Assembly: GCA_963807625.1 (NCBI GenBank)
Contig: CAWECN010000012.1
Coordinates: 259,583-323,582 of the forward strand
Source of the DNA: an uncultured Gammaproteobacteria bacterium
GTDB lineage: Bacteria > Pseudomonadota > Gammaproteobacteria > SZUA-229
Direction of reading: 5' to 3'
Length of the DNA: 64,000 nt
Shown: positions 29,814-40,748 of the stretch, one piece after another
Numbering within the stretch: position 1 is the stretch's first letter
How the letters are laid out: each line of letters starts with the position of its first letter
Notes under the pieces: generated by a model
Database searches by the model: none
Told to the model about the DNA's origin: nothing
What the model saw: the letters and a program-made list of their open reading frames with translations, nothing else
Made by a program: the position numbers and the translations under genes

Positions 29814-30974
29814 TTAGAAGACAAATTGTGTTTGCAGGAACACTTCATCTTCATCAGCGTTTTCGACACCGTTAAGGTTTTCACCCATCCTGTAAGTCAA
29901 CTGAACTTTGGTATCATGTTTATTTATGAACCAGTTCGCACCGACGGAGGTACGGTTCCAGGCTGTCGCGTAAGCATCGGCATCCTGTGTCTGGTAACCA
30001 GCTACGATTTCGATGGTGTTATTAATCATATAACCACCTTCGACAGCCGCATTAGTTAATGTAGTTGTACCATTTTGATACAGGCCTCCGGTAAATCCTG
30101 ATTCAACGGTATCCGCATCGAATGAGTTGTACTGTGCATCGACCGAAAAACCAGCCGCACGGAATGCGCCACTGACCTCAAGTCCAGTTACTGAGTCAAT
30201 ATCTGCTTTTGAGGTGCTCGGAAAATTTTCACCGCCGGTTGAATATGTGTCATTGTCACCATCGTTGCTCCAGCCATATGCAGCCACACCGATAGTCGCT
30301 TTGGTTTTTCCTGAGAAGTCACCCTGGGCAAATTTCAACTTTCCAAAGGGATGGAAATCAACACGTCCACCGATCATGAAACCATCATTGAAATCATCAT
30401 TCCTGTTGACTGGTGTATCAAAATCCAGTTTTTTAGCATCTGGATCTATCGAAGCGATCGTACCTGAAGCACCCCACGTAACTTTTTTGCTCTCTGTATT
30501 ACCGGTCATGTGGATACCTACATTACGGTCTGGTGTACCGTAATTATGGTCACCGACAAATGTACGTTCGACTAATTGCTGATATTTAGATGAGGTTAAA
30601 AACTCTCGTGAAAATGGAAAATTAGCATTACCGATCGTCAGCTTTGCGTTTGACATTCCCTTGTACTGAAAATAGGCATCTTTAATCGCAATTTCATTTT
30701 CTCCTTCAGCCTTACCCATGTCCCACTGGATCTTCGCTTTCCAGTCTTTATGCGTACTGCCTTCTATATAAGGCCTTAATCTTCTGAAGAATATCTCGTC
30801 GGTTGTGTCGCCACCATCTGGTTGCACCTGGTGGTACTGAAGCTGGATTCGACCGCCAACTTTTAGATAATCATCACCATCTTTATAAGTAATGCCACCT
30901 GCAAAGGCAGATAAAGGTGTAGCTAATGCTGTGATTACAGCAACGTGAATAATCTTGTTCGTGGTTAATTGCAT
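29814..30974 (-). CDS. Outer-membrane porin (possibly OprO/OprP-like)
   Basis: Signal peptide (ATPLSAFA). The 386-aa beta-rich protein ends in ...LQTQFVF, a C-terminal Phe. Confidence 0.6.
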   Translation of the reverse strand: MQLTTNKIIHVAVITALATPLSAFAGGITYKDGDDYLKVGGRIQLQYHQVQPDGGDTTDEIFFRRLRPYIEGSTHKDWKAKIQWDMGKAEGENEIAIKDAYFQYKGMSNAKLTIGNANFPFSREFLTSSKYQQLVERTFVGDHNYGTPDRNVGIHMTGNTESKKVTWGASGTIASIDPDAKKLDFDTPVNRNDDFNDGFMIGGRVDFHPFGKLKFAQGDFSGKTKATIGVAAYGWSNDGDNDTYSTGGENFPSTSKADIDSVTGLEVSGAFRAAGFSVDAQYNSFDADTVESGFTGGLYQNGTTTLTNAAVEGGYMINNTIEIVAGYQTQDADAYATAWNRTSVGANWFINKHDTKVQLTYRMGENLNGVENADEDEVFLQTQFVF

Positions 30975-31180
30975 TTATAAACTCCCGTTTGAAAAATTAA
31001 CGAAGGGAAGCTTATTAGTGATTTGTTACTATATTGCTACAGAGTTGAGACGTTATTGTTACAACCGGAACATAACTCCTTTCAGGCAGGAAATATCCCC
31101 CGCCTGGCTTATACTCTATATAGAGGATGTAACTTTATACACATTACATCAATGTTGTTGCTGTTACTTATTAGAGAGAA

Positions 31181-31414
31181 ATGTCTATGAACAATCTGAA
31201 AGGACTGCTTGAAACAATACAGGATGATAAGGAAAAATTTATGAAAGGGTTAAGAGAACAGGATCAAGACAGAAATTATAAGACACCTGAAGTCATCGCG
31301 ATACTGGAGCTTAGTTTTGCGTTAGTCCAAGCGTCAATAATGACCTTGATGGAAGCAGAGAGAGCAAATAAAATGCAAAAGGATTCACCTATGCCTCGTT
31401 ATCATGAAGAATAA
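31181..31414 (+). CDS. Hypothetical small protein
   Basis: ORF only. Charged and helical. No family recognised. Confidence 0.3.
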   Translation: MSMNNLKGLLETIQDDKEKFMKGLREQDQDRNYKTPEVIAILELSFALVQASIMTLMEAERANKMQKDSPMPRYHEE

Positions 31415-31724
31415 TTTTCACATATTCATCATCATGCAATGTAAACAACTTAATTAATACTAGCCGTACAAAATATTTTGTGTCTGCTTGCATCGCATCA
31501 TAAGAATGCGACAGTTAAAGATATCTTAAATATTTGAATAGCTGTACAAGCGCTCACACTGATAAGATTTGCGATAGGTCTGAAAGTCAATCCATCATAT
31601 GCATGAACCGGACATGTCCGCAAATGATCCGGTAGATACAACATCCTTTTCGGTCTGGTTGCGCCAATGTATCAAAATACAACCACATTCTTTAATCTAG
31701 AGGGTCACTGTTGCCCATTAACAG

Positions 31725-31997
31725 TCATTCAAACAGGACTACGATGGCGATGATAAATATCGCTATCGCCAGTATAGATACACCCATCGCGATCGATTCC
31801 CGCCTCCAGACAGGCGCTTCGTTTTTCTCCATCTCTTGTTCCATGGCAGCGACTCTTCTCATCGATTCCTGAATACCTGCCACATATTCTTTGCTCCCCT
31901 GCTTCTGTAGTGCGATCCAGTTATGTAGTTCAGCATTAGATTTATCTTTTAATTCATACTGGTCATCTAAGTACGACATCTCTATAACCACCCTCAA
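31725..31997 (-). CDS. Hypothetical protein with a C-terminal TM anchor
   Basis: ORF only. C-terminal hydrophobic stretch ILAIAIFIIAIVVLF. Confidence 0.3.
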   Translation of the reverse strand: MRVVIEMSYLDDQYELKDKSNAELHNWIALQKQGSKEYVAGIQESMRRVAAMEQEMEKNEAPVWRRESIAMGVSILAIAIFIIAIVVLFE

Positions 31998-32408
31998 CTC
32001 GTTTATATGTAACCATGCATATATCTTTTTTGCTATCGAACGATTATTGATTAAATGCTCGACACTTCAAACTAACAGTAGTGATTGCTCAAGCATATGA
32101 CTTAAGTCAACTGCTTATAAGATGAGAGAATGCTTAAGTATTAATGTCAACAAGTGTTTGAAATCGATTGTTAGAGCCCTGGCCATATGGCTAATCACTG
32201 ACCCAGATACCAGTGAGCACGCCCTCATAACTCGTCAATGAAATGTAACTAAAGATTGACCATATTTGATAATTTCAGCACAAAGCAGACCTCCTACTAA
32301 TTTGACTGACAAAGAAAAGACGGCCCATTAAAGTCATTTAGAGAACTCTAATATTACTGTTGCTAGAGGACTACATCCGGCCCTAAAAGGACAGCCCACA
32401 ATTAAGTA

Positions 32409-33521
32409 TTATCCTTTCGGACAGCACTCGTCGTAGCTTTGAATACCTTCGCCTTTCTCATACCAGCCAATGGTTGAATTAACGACGCGAACAGCAAGCA
32501 GCATAACGGGCACTTCGATTAAGACGCCAACTACTGTAGCCAGCGCAGCCCCTGATTCAAAACCGAACAAGGCGATCGCGGTAGCGACTGCAAGCTCAAA
32601 AAAGTTACTGGCACCGATCAAAGCGGAAGGTCCCGCAACACAGTGCGGTGATTTTACTGCGCGATTAAGTAGATAAGCCAAACCTGAATTGAATAACACC
32701 TGAATCAGGATAGGTACGGCTAGCAGCAATATGATAAGTGGCTGCTTCATTATTTGTTCGCCCTGAAATCCGAACAGTAATACCAGCGTTGAAAGCAATG
32801 CGCCTAAAGACCATGGGTGAAGTGTCTTCAGTGTACGATCCAGTCTTTGTTGTCCATTGTTGCCGCTGAGTAATAATCTACGCAATATGTTGGCGATTAT
32901 CAGTGGTACAACAATGTATAGCAACACCGACAGGAACAGGGTGTCCCAGGGAACTGAGATAGACGATATACCAAGTAATAGAGCCACAATTGGCGCAAAT
33001 GCGAATACCATGATGACATCGTTTAATGCTACCTGTGTCAGCGTGAAATGAGGCTCACCTCGTGACAGGTTGCTCCACACAAACACCATCGCTGTGCAGG
33101 GCGCAGCGGCTAAAAGGATCAGGCCGGCAATATAGCTGTCAATCTGGTCTTCCGGCAACCAGCCCCGAAACAGGTAGCCGATAAACAGCCAGCCCAGCAG
33201 CGCCATCGAAAAAGGTTTTATTGCCCAGTTAACAAACAATGTGACGCCAATACCTCGCCAGTATTTACTGACGTCCTTCAGCGCTCTGAGGTCAATTTTA
33301 AGTAACATTGGAATAATCATTAACCAGATCAGGAACGCAACAGGCATGTTGATCTGTGCGACTTCAAGTTGGCCTATCCCTTGAAAAAACTGCGGTACCC
33401 AGTGACCCAACCCAATGCCTGTTACGATGCAAAGCATTACCCACAACGTAAGATAACGTTCGAAAAATCCCATGTCAGCATTCGCTGATTTTTTTGCAGT
33501 GGTTTCACATTGTACAGACAT
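32409..33521 (-). CDS. acr3: Arsenite efflux transporter, ACR3 family
   Basis: The N-terminal region is conserved with ACR3 (GFFERYLTLWVMLCIVTGIGLGHWVP...AFLIWLMIIPMLLKID). About 10 TM helices, 370 aa. Confidence 0.85.
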   Translation of the reverse strand: MSVQCETTAKKSANADMGFFERYLTLWVMLCIVTGIGLGHWVPQFFQGIGQLEVAQINMPVAFLIWLMIIPMLLKIDLRALKDVSKYWRGIGVTLFVNWAIKPFSMALLGWLFIGYLFRGWLPEDQIDSYIAGLILLAAAPCTAMVFVWSNLSRGEPHFTLTQVALNDVIMVFAFAPIVALLLGISSISVPWDTLFLSVLLYIVVPLIIANILRRLLLSGNNGQQRLDRTLKTLHPWSLGALLSTLVLLFGFQGEQIMKQPLIILLLAVPILIQVLFNSGLAYLLNRAVKSPHCVAGPSALIGASNFFELAVATAIALFGFESGAALATVVGVLIEVPVMLLAVRVVNSTIGWYEKGEGIQSYDECCPKG

Positions 33522-33526
33522 AGCTG

Positions 33527-33964
33527 TTACTCACTTTTACTTCCATTAAGATGCTGTAATAGCTTCTTAACACGCTCTTTTATGTCATCACGACTTGCAC
33601 GGAACTGATTCATGATTTCTTCTTCGCTGCCTTGTGCTTTGGCGGGGTCATTCAGTGGCCAGTGTTCTTTATTGGTGCCGGCAGGTAAAACCGGGCAGTG
33701 CTCATCAGCATGGCCGCACACGGTCACTACCAGGTCAGCATCTTGCAGCATCTTATCGGTGACTTTGGTGGATTCCTGTTGGGAAATATCTACGCCAGCT
33801 TCTTTCATCACGGCAATGGCACGCGGGTTCTTACCATGCCTTTCAATCCCGGCAGACTGGATTTCAAACAATGGCCTGCCATACCATTTCGCCCAGCCTT
33901 CAGCCATCTGTGAGCGACAGGAATTACCTGTACATAAGAATAAAATGTTAAATATTTTTTTCAT
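33527..33964 (-). CDS. arsC: Arsenate reductase, LMW-PTPase/thioredoxin-coupled type
   Basis: [19 protein letters not shown]-loop (CX5R). Downstream Cys residues are present. 145 aa. Confidence 0.85.
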   Translation of the reverse strand: MKKIFNILFLCTGNSCRSQMAEGWAKWYGRPLFEIQSAGIERHGKNPRAIAVMKEAGVDISQQESTKVTDKMLQDADLVVTVCGHADEHCPVLPAGTNKEHWPLNDPAKAQGSEEEIMNQFRASRDDIKERVKKLLQHLNGSKSE

Positions 33965-33973
33965 GATTTAATC

Positions 33974-34363
33974 TTAGGCACAGCAGGCCTTGCCAGGCCT
34001 GTCGGCCATTTTATCGAGTATTTTTCTGTCTGAGATAAACGGTTCAGTATTACGCACACCATCAAGCGTTGTTTGCAGAATATCCAACGCCCAGCCCTGT
34101 AGATCAGGATTGATACGGTAGTTCATCCAGGTGCCGTTTCGGCTAGCAACAAGTACACCAGCTTCGCGTAAATGTGCCAGATGACGTGATATTTTGGGTT
34201 GCGAAAGATTCAGTGCATGAGTGAGCTCACAGACACATAACTCACCTTCAGCTTGCATTAACAATAGACAGCGTAACCGGGTGCTGTCTGCCAACATTTT
34301 AAAAAAGGTATCGGTTTCATTTAACATGGAACAAAATATACGCCCTGACATATATATGGTCAA
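33974..34363 (-). CDS. arsR: ArsR-family metalloregulator
   Basis: The ELCVCEL metal-binding motif sits within an HTH (LSQPKISRHLAHLREAGVL). Confidence 0.8.
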   Translation of the reverse strand: MTIYMSGRIFCSMLNETDTFFKMLADSTRLRCLLLMQAEGELCVCELTHALNLSQPKISRHLAHLREAGVLVASRNGTWMNYRINPDLQGWALDILQTTLDGVRNTEPFISDRKILDKMADRPGKACCA

Positions 34364-34520
34364 GCATATATTATGTCGTCCTTAATATTTAGGCCCGTTG
34401 TTGATTAGTTGCATACATATGGCGAAGATATACTTCCACTGAAGTCATAAGCTAGCTAAAACGTAATAATATAGCTTCGTATACACTCGGAAAATCGCAT
34501 TTCCTGCAATGTTCATCAAA

Positions 34521-34553
34521 TTGTCACATCCTGTAACATCCTTGTAACAATTC
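34521..34553 (+). promoter_or_regulatory. Pho box (three 11-bp-phased TGT(C/A)AC repeats) upstream of pstC
   Basis: TTGTCACATCC TGTAACATCCT TGTAACAATTC. The 7-bp PhoB half-sites recur at 11-bp periodicity. Confidence 0.6.
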
Positions 34554-34570
34554 AACGCTAGAATTCGCGC

Positions 34571-36769
34571 ATGAAAGATCAGACCTTACAGATGCGGTAC
34601 AATCGGCGGGCCCTGAAAGACCGCCTGGCACGATACTTTGTAGCTTTAGGTGGAATCAGCGTTATCATCGCTATCCTGTTGATTTTCTTCTATTTGCTTT
34701 ATGTTGTTATACCGATGTTCGGTTCAGCTGAAATTCATGAAAGCGTAACATACACTGCCCCAGCAGAAGGCAAAACTCTGCATCTCGGATTGGAAGAGCA
34801 AGGCACCATCGGTGTAAGATTCACAGACAAAGGCCATGCAATCTTTTTCGATACCGCTTCCGGCGATATTATTCAGGATGAAAATTTTGATCTGCCGGCA
34901 CCCATCAGCAGTGTCGCTGCCAATCTGGACCTCGTGGTACTTGGCCTAACTAACGGTTCAGTAATAGCGGTGCGTTACAAGTTCGACCTAAGTTATCCAG
35001 ACGATATCCGCACCCTGACGCCAAGGCTAGAATATCCATTGGGTAAAGATCCACTGACACTCGATGAGTCTGGTGAATCACTATCACATATAGCCATTCA
35101 ACTCAGTGATGACATCGTCGGCCTGGCGGCCACGACTAGTGATAACCGCCTGGTGTTTACCCGTTACCTGCGTGAACAGTCTTTCATCAGCGAAGACATC
35201 ACTATCGAACTTGAATCAAGGTCTGAACAGGCATTCGAGTATGATATCTCTTCGATCGCACTGACACCCGGGCTGGATCATCTATATGCTGCGATTGCGG
35301 GCGGTAAGCTGGAAGACTTTTCACTGGATGATGAAGGCTTCGATGGCAACAGGACAGAATATCACTTCGACCATGATATCACCCGGCTCAAACTTCTGCT
35401 CGGCGGCTCGTCTTTAATGGTCGGCATGAAGAACGGCGAAGTACAGCAATGGATGTCAGTTCGAAAAGATGGCGGCAGAGAATTAACCTTCATACGTAAC
35501 TTCCATGAGAATACAGAAGCTGTTACCACTATCGCCACCGAGCAGCAAAGAAAAGGTTTTGCCGTCGCTGATACACAAGGTGACATCACGATTTATTATT
35601 CAACATCACAAAGAACACTGGCAAACATTAACACGGCAGATGCGCAGATAGAGCAGATGGCATGGTCGGCACGTGCCCAAAACCTGATAGCGGCAGACAG
35701 TAGTAACCAGATACGACTGTACCAGGTACATAACGAGTATCCAGAAGTATCCTGGGACGTGTTATGGGGCAAGATCTGGTACGAAGGCTATGACGAAGCA
35801 GATTATATCTGGCAGTCGTCTGCTTCGACCAACGAGTTCGAACCCAAGTTCAGCTTGATGCCGCTATCATTCGGCACCATCAAGGCTGCATTTTATGCCA
35901 TGTTGTTCGCCGTGCCGATCGCCATATTAGGTGCGATATTTACCGCACAGTTCATGGCGCCACGCATGCGCCAGACGGTAAAACCATCGATCGAGATCAT
36001 GGAAGCACTGCCTACTGTTATCCTCGGTTTCCTGGCTGGTTTATGGCTCGCGCCTTATGTAGAAACGCATCTTGCAGGAATATTTACCCTGCTATTGATA
36101 ATGCCCGTTGGCTTTATAGTATGCGCATGGCTCTGGGGCTACATGCCAAACAAATCTGCCTACGAAGGCTGGGAAGCAGCATTGCTTATACCCGTGGTTC
36201 TGCTTTTGATCTGGGTTTCTATGTCCTTAAGTTCACCGATCGAGACACTCTTTTTCGATGGTGACATGCGAACCTACATGAGCAACGAATGGGGCCTGAA
36301 CTATGACCAGCGAAATGCACTGGTCGTCGGTCTGATCATGGGTTTTGCTGTTATCCCGACAATATTCTCGATTGCAGAAGATGCTTTATTCAGTGTGCCA
36401 CAGCACCTGGTGCGTGGTTCACTGGCACTGGGCGCAACACGCTGGCAGACGATGACAAGCGTGGTACTGCCGGCCGCTAGTCCAGGCATATTCTCAGCTG
36501 TGATGATGGGTTTTGGTCGTGCCGTTGGTGAGACTATGATCGTCTTGATGGCAACGGGTAATACGCCATTGATGGACATGAGCATATTCCAGGGTATGCG
36601 CACACTGGCAGCAAACCTGGCGGTAGAGGTTCCTGAAGCAGAAGTCTTCAGTACACACTATCGTGTCCTGTTCCTCGCTGCATTAATACTGTTTCTGTTC
36701 ACCTTCGTATTTAATACACTCGCAGAAATAATTCGTCAACGTTTACGCCAGAGGTACAGCGGCCTATGA
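34571..36769 (+). CDS. pstC: Phosphate ABC transporter permease PstC (long form with an N-terminal periplasmic extension)
   Basis: The C-terminal half has ABC-permease TM helices and the EAA-like loop (ALGATRWQTMTSVVLPAASPGI). The long N-terminal domain resembles pseudomonad-type PstC. The true start may be at 34592. Confidence 0.85.
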   Translation: MKDQTLQMRYNRRALKDRLARYFVALGGISVIIAILLIFFYLLYVVIPMFGSAEIHESVTYTAPAEGKTLHLGLEEQGTIGVRFTDKGHAIFFDTASGDIIQDENFDLPAPISSVAANLDLVVLGLTNGSVIAVRYKFDLSYPDDIRTLTPRLEYPLGKDPLTLDESGESLSHIAIQLSDDIVGLAATTSDNRLVFTRYLREQSFISEDITIELESRSEQAFEYDISSIALTPGLDHLYAAIAGGKLEDFSLDDEGFDGNRTEYHFDHDITRLKLLLGGSSLMVGMKNGEVQQWMSVRKDGGRELTFIRNFHENTEAVTTIATEQQRKGFAVADTQGDITIYYSTSQRTLANINTADAQIEQMAWSARAQNLIAADSSNQIRLYQVHNEYPEVSWDVLWGKIWYEGYDEADYIWQSSASTNEFEPKFSLMPLSFGTIKAAFYAMLFAVPIAILGAIFTAQFMAPRMRQTVKPSIEIMEALPTVILGFLAGLWLAPYVETHLAGIFTLLLIMPVGFIVCAWLWGYMPNKSAYEGWEAALLIPVVLLLIWVSMSLSSPIETLFFDGDMRTYMSNEWGLNYDQRNALVVGLIMGFAVIPTIFSIAEDALFSVPQHLVRGSLALGATRWQTMTSVVLPAASPGIFSAVMMGFGRAVGETMIVLMATGNTPLMDMSIFQGMRTLAANLAVEVPEAEVFSTHYRVLFLAALILFLFTFVFNTLAEIIRQRLRQRYSGL

Positions 36770-38445
36770 TTCAGCAACAAGGGATGAGCCAAAAAACAAA
36801 AGCGTGGTTTAAGAGCGGCACTCCCTGGATATGGATGAATGCCGGTGCGATCGCTATCTCACTGGTCGCCGTATTTGGTTTATTGCTGCTTATCCTGTTT
36901 CGCGGCATGAGCCATTTCTGGCCGGCGAACGTAGAGACATTTTATTATGAAAACGGCAGTAATTCGCTAACGGTCATTGCAGAGGTCGTCGAATCAGAAA
37001 TAGTACCTGCTGAATCACTTCACGGTATAGACAATGCTGGAGGCGATGCGGAAGGCAATATCGAACGTTACCTGGTGAAGACAGGCAACCGCGACATACT
37101 CGGTAGCGATTTTAGATGGTTATACGACATCGACCTTGTAAAACGTGAACAACCAGAAGAACTGATGGTCCTCGAACGAATCGAGTGGGGAAACTTCTAC
37201 GGTTACCTTAATTCAGTTTATGAGAACGATGAACTGGTTGCCAGTGGTAACCAAGCATGGCCTGAATTTAAGCAACGTCTTCGCAGAACCATCGAAATAC
37301 GTGAAAATATACTGCATCTCGAGCAGGTCGAGATCGGTGCCATCAACTACAAGCTGGAACGGTTACGCTTAAAAGAGCGAAGCTTGCAGCTTGATGACGA
37401 ATTAACCGAGGATGCAGCCAAAGAGTTAGCAGAAGTGCGCGCTGAGCTGAATCTCGAATACGAGGACCTGCTAAAAGAGACAAAGATACTTTACCAGGAT
37501 ATCAACCGCGACTCGATTCGTGCGACTGTAATGGATGGCAGTGAAGTAACTGTTCCGCTAGAGAAGATCGTCAAAGCCTGGCAGCCAAACAATATGTCCA
37601 TACCGAATAAACTTGGCTTCTACGTTTACACGTTATGGAGCTTTATTACAGAAGACCCGCGTGAGGCCAATACGGAAGGTGGCATCTTCCCGGCAATATT
37701 TGGTACCGTGATGATGGTAATGCTGATGGCAGTACTGGTCACACCACTCGGCGTTATCGCCGCAGTTTACCTTCGGGAATACGCAAGACAGGGTGTATTG
37801 ATCCGGGTTATCCGTATCGCTGTAAACAATCTTGCCGGTGTACCTTCCATCGTATATGGTGTATTTGGCCTGGGCTTCTTTATTTATTTCCTGGGTGGGA
37901 ATATCGATGCATTGTTTTTCCCTGAAGCACTACCCTCTCCCACTTTTGGCACACCAGGATTGATGTGGTCGTCGCTTACCCTGGCATTGCTGACATTACC
38001 GGTGGTGATCGTCGCCACAGAAGAAGGACTATCACGTATACCAAGAAGTTTACGCGAAGGCAGCCTTGGTCTTGGCGCAACGAAAGCTGAGACGCTGTGG
38101 CGCGTCGTCCTACCGATGGCAAGCCCCGCCATCATGACCGGATTAATCCTGGCTGTCGCCAGGGCTGCCGGTGAAGTTGCACCCCTGATGCTGGTCGGTG
38201 TTGTCAAACTGGCCCCCAGTCTGCCGCTTGATGGCAATTTCCCGTTCTTGCATCTTGACCGTAAATTCATGCACCTCGGCTTTCACATCTATGATGTAGG
38301 TTTCCAGAGCCCAAATGTCGAAGCTGCACGCCCACTGGTTTATGCGACATCATTCCTGCTCGTTGTTGTTATCGTCACTCTGAACCTGACGGCCATTAAC
38401 TTAAGGAACAGGCTGCGTGAAAAATACCGTGCGCTTGATAATTAA
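36766..38445 (+). CDS. pstA: Phosphate ABC transporter permease PstA (long form)
   Basis: GLGATKAETLWRVVLPMASPAIMTG permease signature. ATGA overlap with pstC. Confidence 0.85.
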   Translation: MIQQQGMSQKTKAWFKSGTPWIWMNAGAIAISLVAVFGLLLLILFRGMSHFWPANVETFYYENGSNSLTVIAEVVESEIVPAESLHGIDNAGGDAEGNIERYLVKTGNRDILGSDFRWLYDIDLVKREQPEELMVLERIEWGNFYGYLNSVYENDELVASGNQAWPEFKQRLRRTIEIRENILHLEQVEIGAINYKLERLRLKERSLQLDDELTEDAAKELAEVRAELNLEYEDLLKETKILYQDINRDSIRATVMDGSEVTVPLEKIVKAWQPNNMSIPNKLGFYVYTLWSFITEDPREANTEGGIFPAIFGTVMMVMLMAVLVTPLGVIAAVYLREYARQGVLIRVIRIAVNNLAGVPSIVYGVFGLGFFIYFLGGNIDALFFPEALPSPTFGTPGLMWSSLTLALLTLPVVIVATEEGLSRIPRSLREGSLGLGATKAETLWRVVLPMASPAIMTGLILAVARAAGEVAPLMLVGVVKLAPSLPLDGNFPFLHLDRKFMHLGFHIYDVGFQSPNVEAARPLVYATSFLLVVVIVTLNLTAINLRNRLREKYRALDN

Positions 38446-38473
38446 TACAGATAACTAACACATAGATGCGATC

Positions 38474-39295
38474 ATGACTGACACTATCACGACAACAATC
38501 GATGAATCACTGCTTAAAGGCTCAACCGCTACTGACGCAGACGAAATATGCATGCAGGTAAATAATCTAAGCCTGTTTTATGGTGAAGCACAGGCATTAA
38601 CTGATATCAGCTTTGAGATGAAGAAAAACCGTGTCACAGCATTTATCGGCCCCAGTGGCTGTGGCAAGTCCACCCTGTTACGCTGCTTTAACCGCATGAA
38701 CGACCTGGTCGACAGTGTTCGCGTGGAAGGTGCGATAATGCTTGATGGCGACAACATCTACGCGCCCGATGTTGATGTCACATCACTGCGCCAGCGAGTC
38801 GGCATGGTGTTCCAGAAACCCAACCCCTTCCCGATGAGTATTTTTGAAAACGTGGCTTATGGTCTACGTTTACAGGGCATAAACAAACGCCGCCACCTTG
38901 AAGAAAAAATTGAATGGGCACTTAAAGGTGCTGCTTTATGGGAAGAAGTGAAAGACCGGCTCGATGAAAGCGCACTGGGATTATCCGGTGGTCAACAGCA
39001 ACGTCTTGTTATCGCCCGTGCGATTGCTATCGAACCTGAAATTCTGTTGCTGGACGAACCCGCATCTGCACTTGACCCTATTTCCACATTGAAGATCGAA
39101 GAACTGATATACGAGTTAAAATCGCAGTACACTATCCTTATCGTTACTCATAACATGCAACAGGCAGCCCGCGTATCTGACGAGACCGCCTTCATGTACA
39201 TGGGTGAGATGATCGAGTTTGGTGAAACCAACAAGATATTCACCAATCCTGCAAGAAAACAGACTGAAGATTATATTACTGGCCGTTACGGCTAA
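38474..39295 (+). CDS. pstB: Phosphate import ATP-binding protein PstB
   Basis: Walker [13 protein letters not shown] signature LSGGQQQRL, Walker B ILLLDEP. Confidence 0.9.
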   Translation: MTDTITTTIDESLLKGSTATDADEICMQVNNLSLFYGEAQALTDISFEMKKNRVTAFIGPSGCGKSTLLRCFNRMNDLVDSVRVEGAIMLDGDNIYAPDVDVTSLRQRVGMVFQKPNPFPMSIFENVAYGLRLQGINKRRHLEEKIEWALKGAALWEEVKDRLDESALGLSGGQQQRLVIARAIAIEPEILLLDEPASALDPISTLKIEELIYELKSQYTILIVTHNMQQAARVSDETAFMYMGEMIEFGETNKIFTNPARKQTEDYITGRYG

Positions 39296-39338
39296 CTATA
39301 CAAGCAGTAATATTAGATTAAAGCAACGAGGCACATTT

Positions 39339-40055
39339 ATGGACACCAATAACACAAGCCAGCACATATCCCAGCAGTTTGACGAAGAGATGGAAGGTCT
39401 TCGCAACCAGGTATTGAAGATGGGCGGCCTGGTTGAACAGCAGATCAGCGGCGCGATCGAGGCACTGCAGAGTACCGATGCGGCAGGGGCAGAAAAGATC
39501 ATCCTCAGAGACCATAAAGTTAATGCGCTCGAAGTAAATATCGATGAGGCATGTACACAGATACTGGCCAGACGCCAACCAGCCGCTTCTGATTTAAGGA
39601 TGGTGATCGCAGTCATCAAAACCATCACCGATCTGGAACGCATCGGTGACGAAGCCGAAAAAATAGCGAAGATGGCTCTAAACCTTGCTGAAGAAGATGC
39701 GGGTTTTCATACCCGCTACGCTGGCATGCGCCACCTCGGTGACCAGGTGAAACGCATGGTTCATGATGTGCTCGATGCATACGCACGCCTGGATGTCGAC
39801 GCTGCGATCAAAGTTGTACGTGATGATGACGATGCTGATAAAGAATACCAGGACCTCATCCGCATGCTGATCACCTACATGATGGAAGATCCGAGGACGA
39901 TATCAGAAGTACTCGATGTGATCTGGGCGGCACGTGCACTGGAGCGTATCGGCGATCACGCAAAAAATATCGGCGAATATGTTATCTACCTGGTAAAGGG
40001 TAAAGATGTACGCCATCTCGATATCGAAGAAGTCGAGAAAAAGATCCTTTCATAA
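39339..40055 (+). CDS. phoU: Phosphate-specific transport system accessory protein PhoU
   Basis: Two PhoU repeats, each with E..D...RIGD (DLERIGDEAEKIAK, ALERIGDHAKNIGE). The start is the internal Met of ORF 39219..40055. Confidence 0.85.
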   Translation: MDTNNTSQHISQQFDEEMEGLRNQVLKMGGLVEQQISGAIEALQSTDAAGAEKIILRDHKVNALEVNIDEACTQILARRQPAASDLRMVIAVIKTITDLERIGDEAEKIAKMALNLAEEDAGFHTRYAGMRHLGDQVKRMVHDVLDAYARLDVDAAIKVVRDDDDADKEYQDLIRMLITYMMEDPRTISEVLDVIWAARALERIGDHAKNIGEYVIYLVKGKDVRHLDIEEVEKKILS

Positions 40056-40067
40056 TAGACGCTGATT

Positions 40068-40748
40068 ATGAAACACGCGAACATCCTGGTTGTTGAAGAT
40101 GATCCTGGCATACAGGACATGCTCAAATATTCTTTATCTGCGGAAGGTTACAACCTGCACCATGCTTACACGGTAAAAGAAGGCTGGGAGACCATCGAGA
40201 ATAAAGCGATAGACCTTGTCCTGCTCGACTGGATGCTGCCAGACAACAGCGGCATCGATCTGCTGCACCGCATACGTAAATATCATTCCATGTTGCCTGT
40301 GATCATGGTGACGGCAAAAACAGAAGAAGAGGACAGGATCCTGGGGCTGGACGTCGGTGCCGATGATTATGTAACTAAACCATTTTCTGTTCGAGAATTA
40401 AGCTCTCGGATACAGGCACTGTTACGACGCGCGATGCCCGATGAACAACCGATACAGATCGGCGAACTGTACCTCGACCCGACCAGTCACCGGGTAAAAG
40501 TTTCTGAGAAAGCATTAGACCTGTCCCCTACCGAGTTCCGCCTGCTGCACTATTTCATGTCACATACCGACCGCGTTTTCACACGCTCACAGTTACTGGA
40601 CCAGGTATGGGGATCTCAGGTCTATGTCGAAGAACGCACCGTCGATGTACATATAAGACGATTACGCAAACAGATGGCGCCATTCGGATTAGACTCATTG
40701 CTACAGACAGTTCATGGAAGTGGATACCGCTTCTCCAGGCATGGCTAA
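40068..40748 (+). CDS. phoB: Phosphate regulon response regulator PhoB
   Basis: Receiver domain (DLVLLDWMLPD) plus an OmpR-type winged helix (VDVHIRRLRK), 226 aa. Its position between phoU and phoR supports the call. Confidence 0.85.
   Translation: MKHANILVVEDDPGIQDMLKYSLSAEGYNLHHAYTVKEGWETIENKAIDLVLLDWMLPDNSGIDLLHRIRKYHSMLPVIMVTAKTEEEDRILGLDVGADDYVTKPFSVRELSSRIQALLRRAMPDEQPIQIGELYLDPTSHRVKVSEKALDLSPTEFRLLHYFMSHTDRVFTRSQLLDQVWGSQVYVEERTVDVHIRRLRKQMAPFGLDSLLQTVHGSGYRFSRHG

Noticed and set aside
39219-39338. Upstream extension of phoU (ORF starts at 39219, overlapping pstB by 77 nt)
   Set aside because: PhoU homology begins at the internal Met (MDTNNTSQHISQQFDEEMEG). The extension overlaps the pstB 3' end in another frame.
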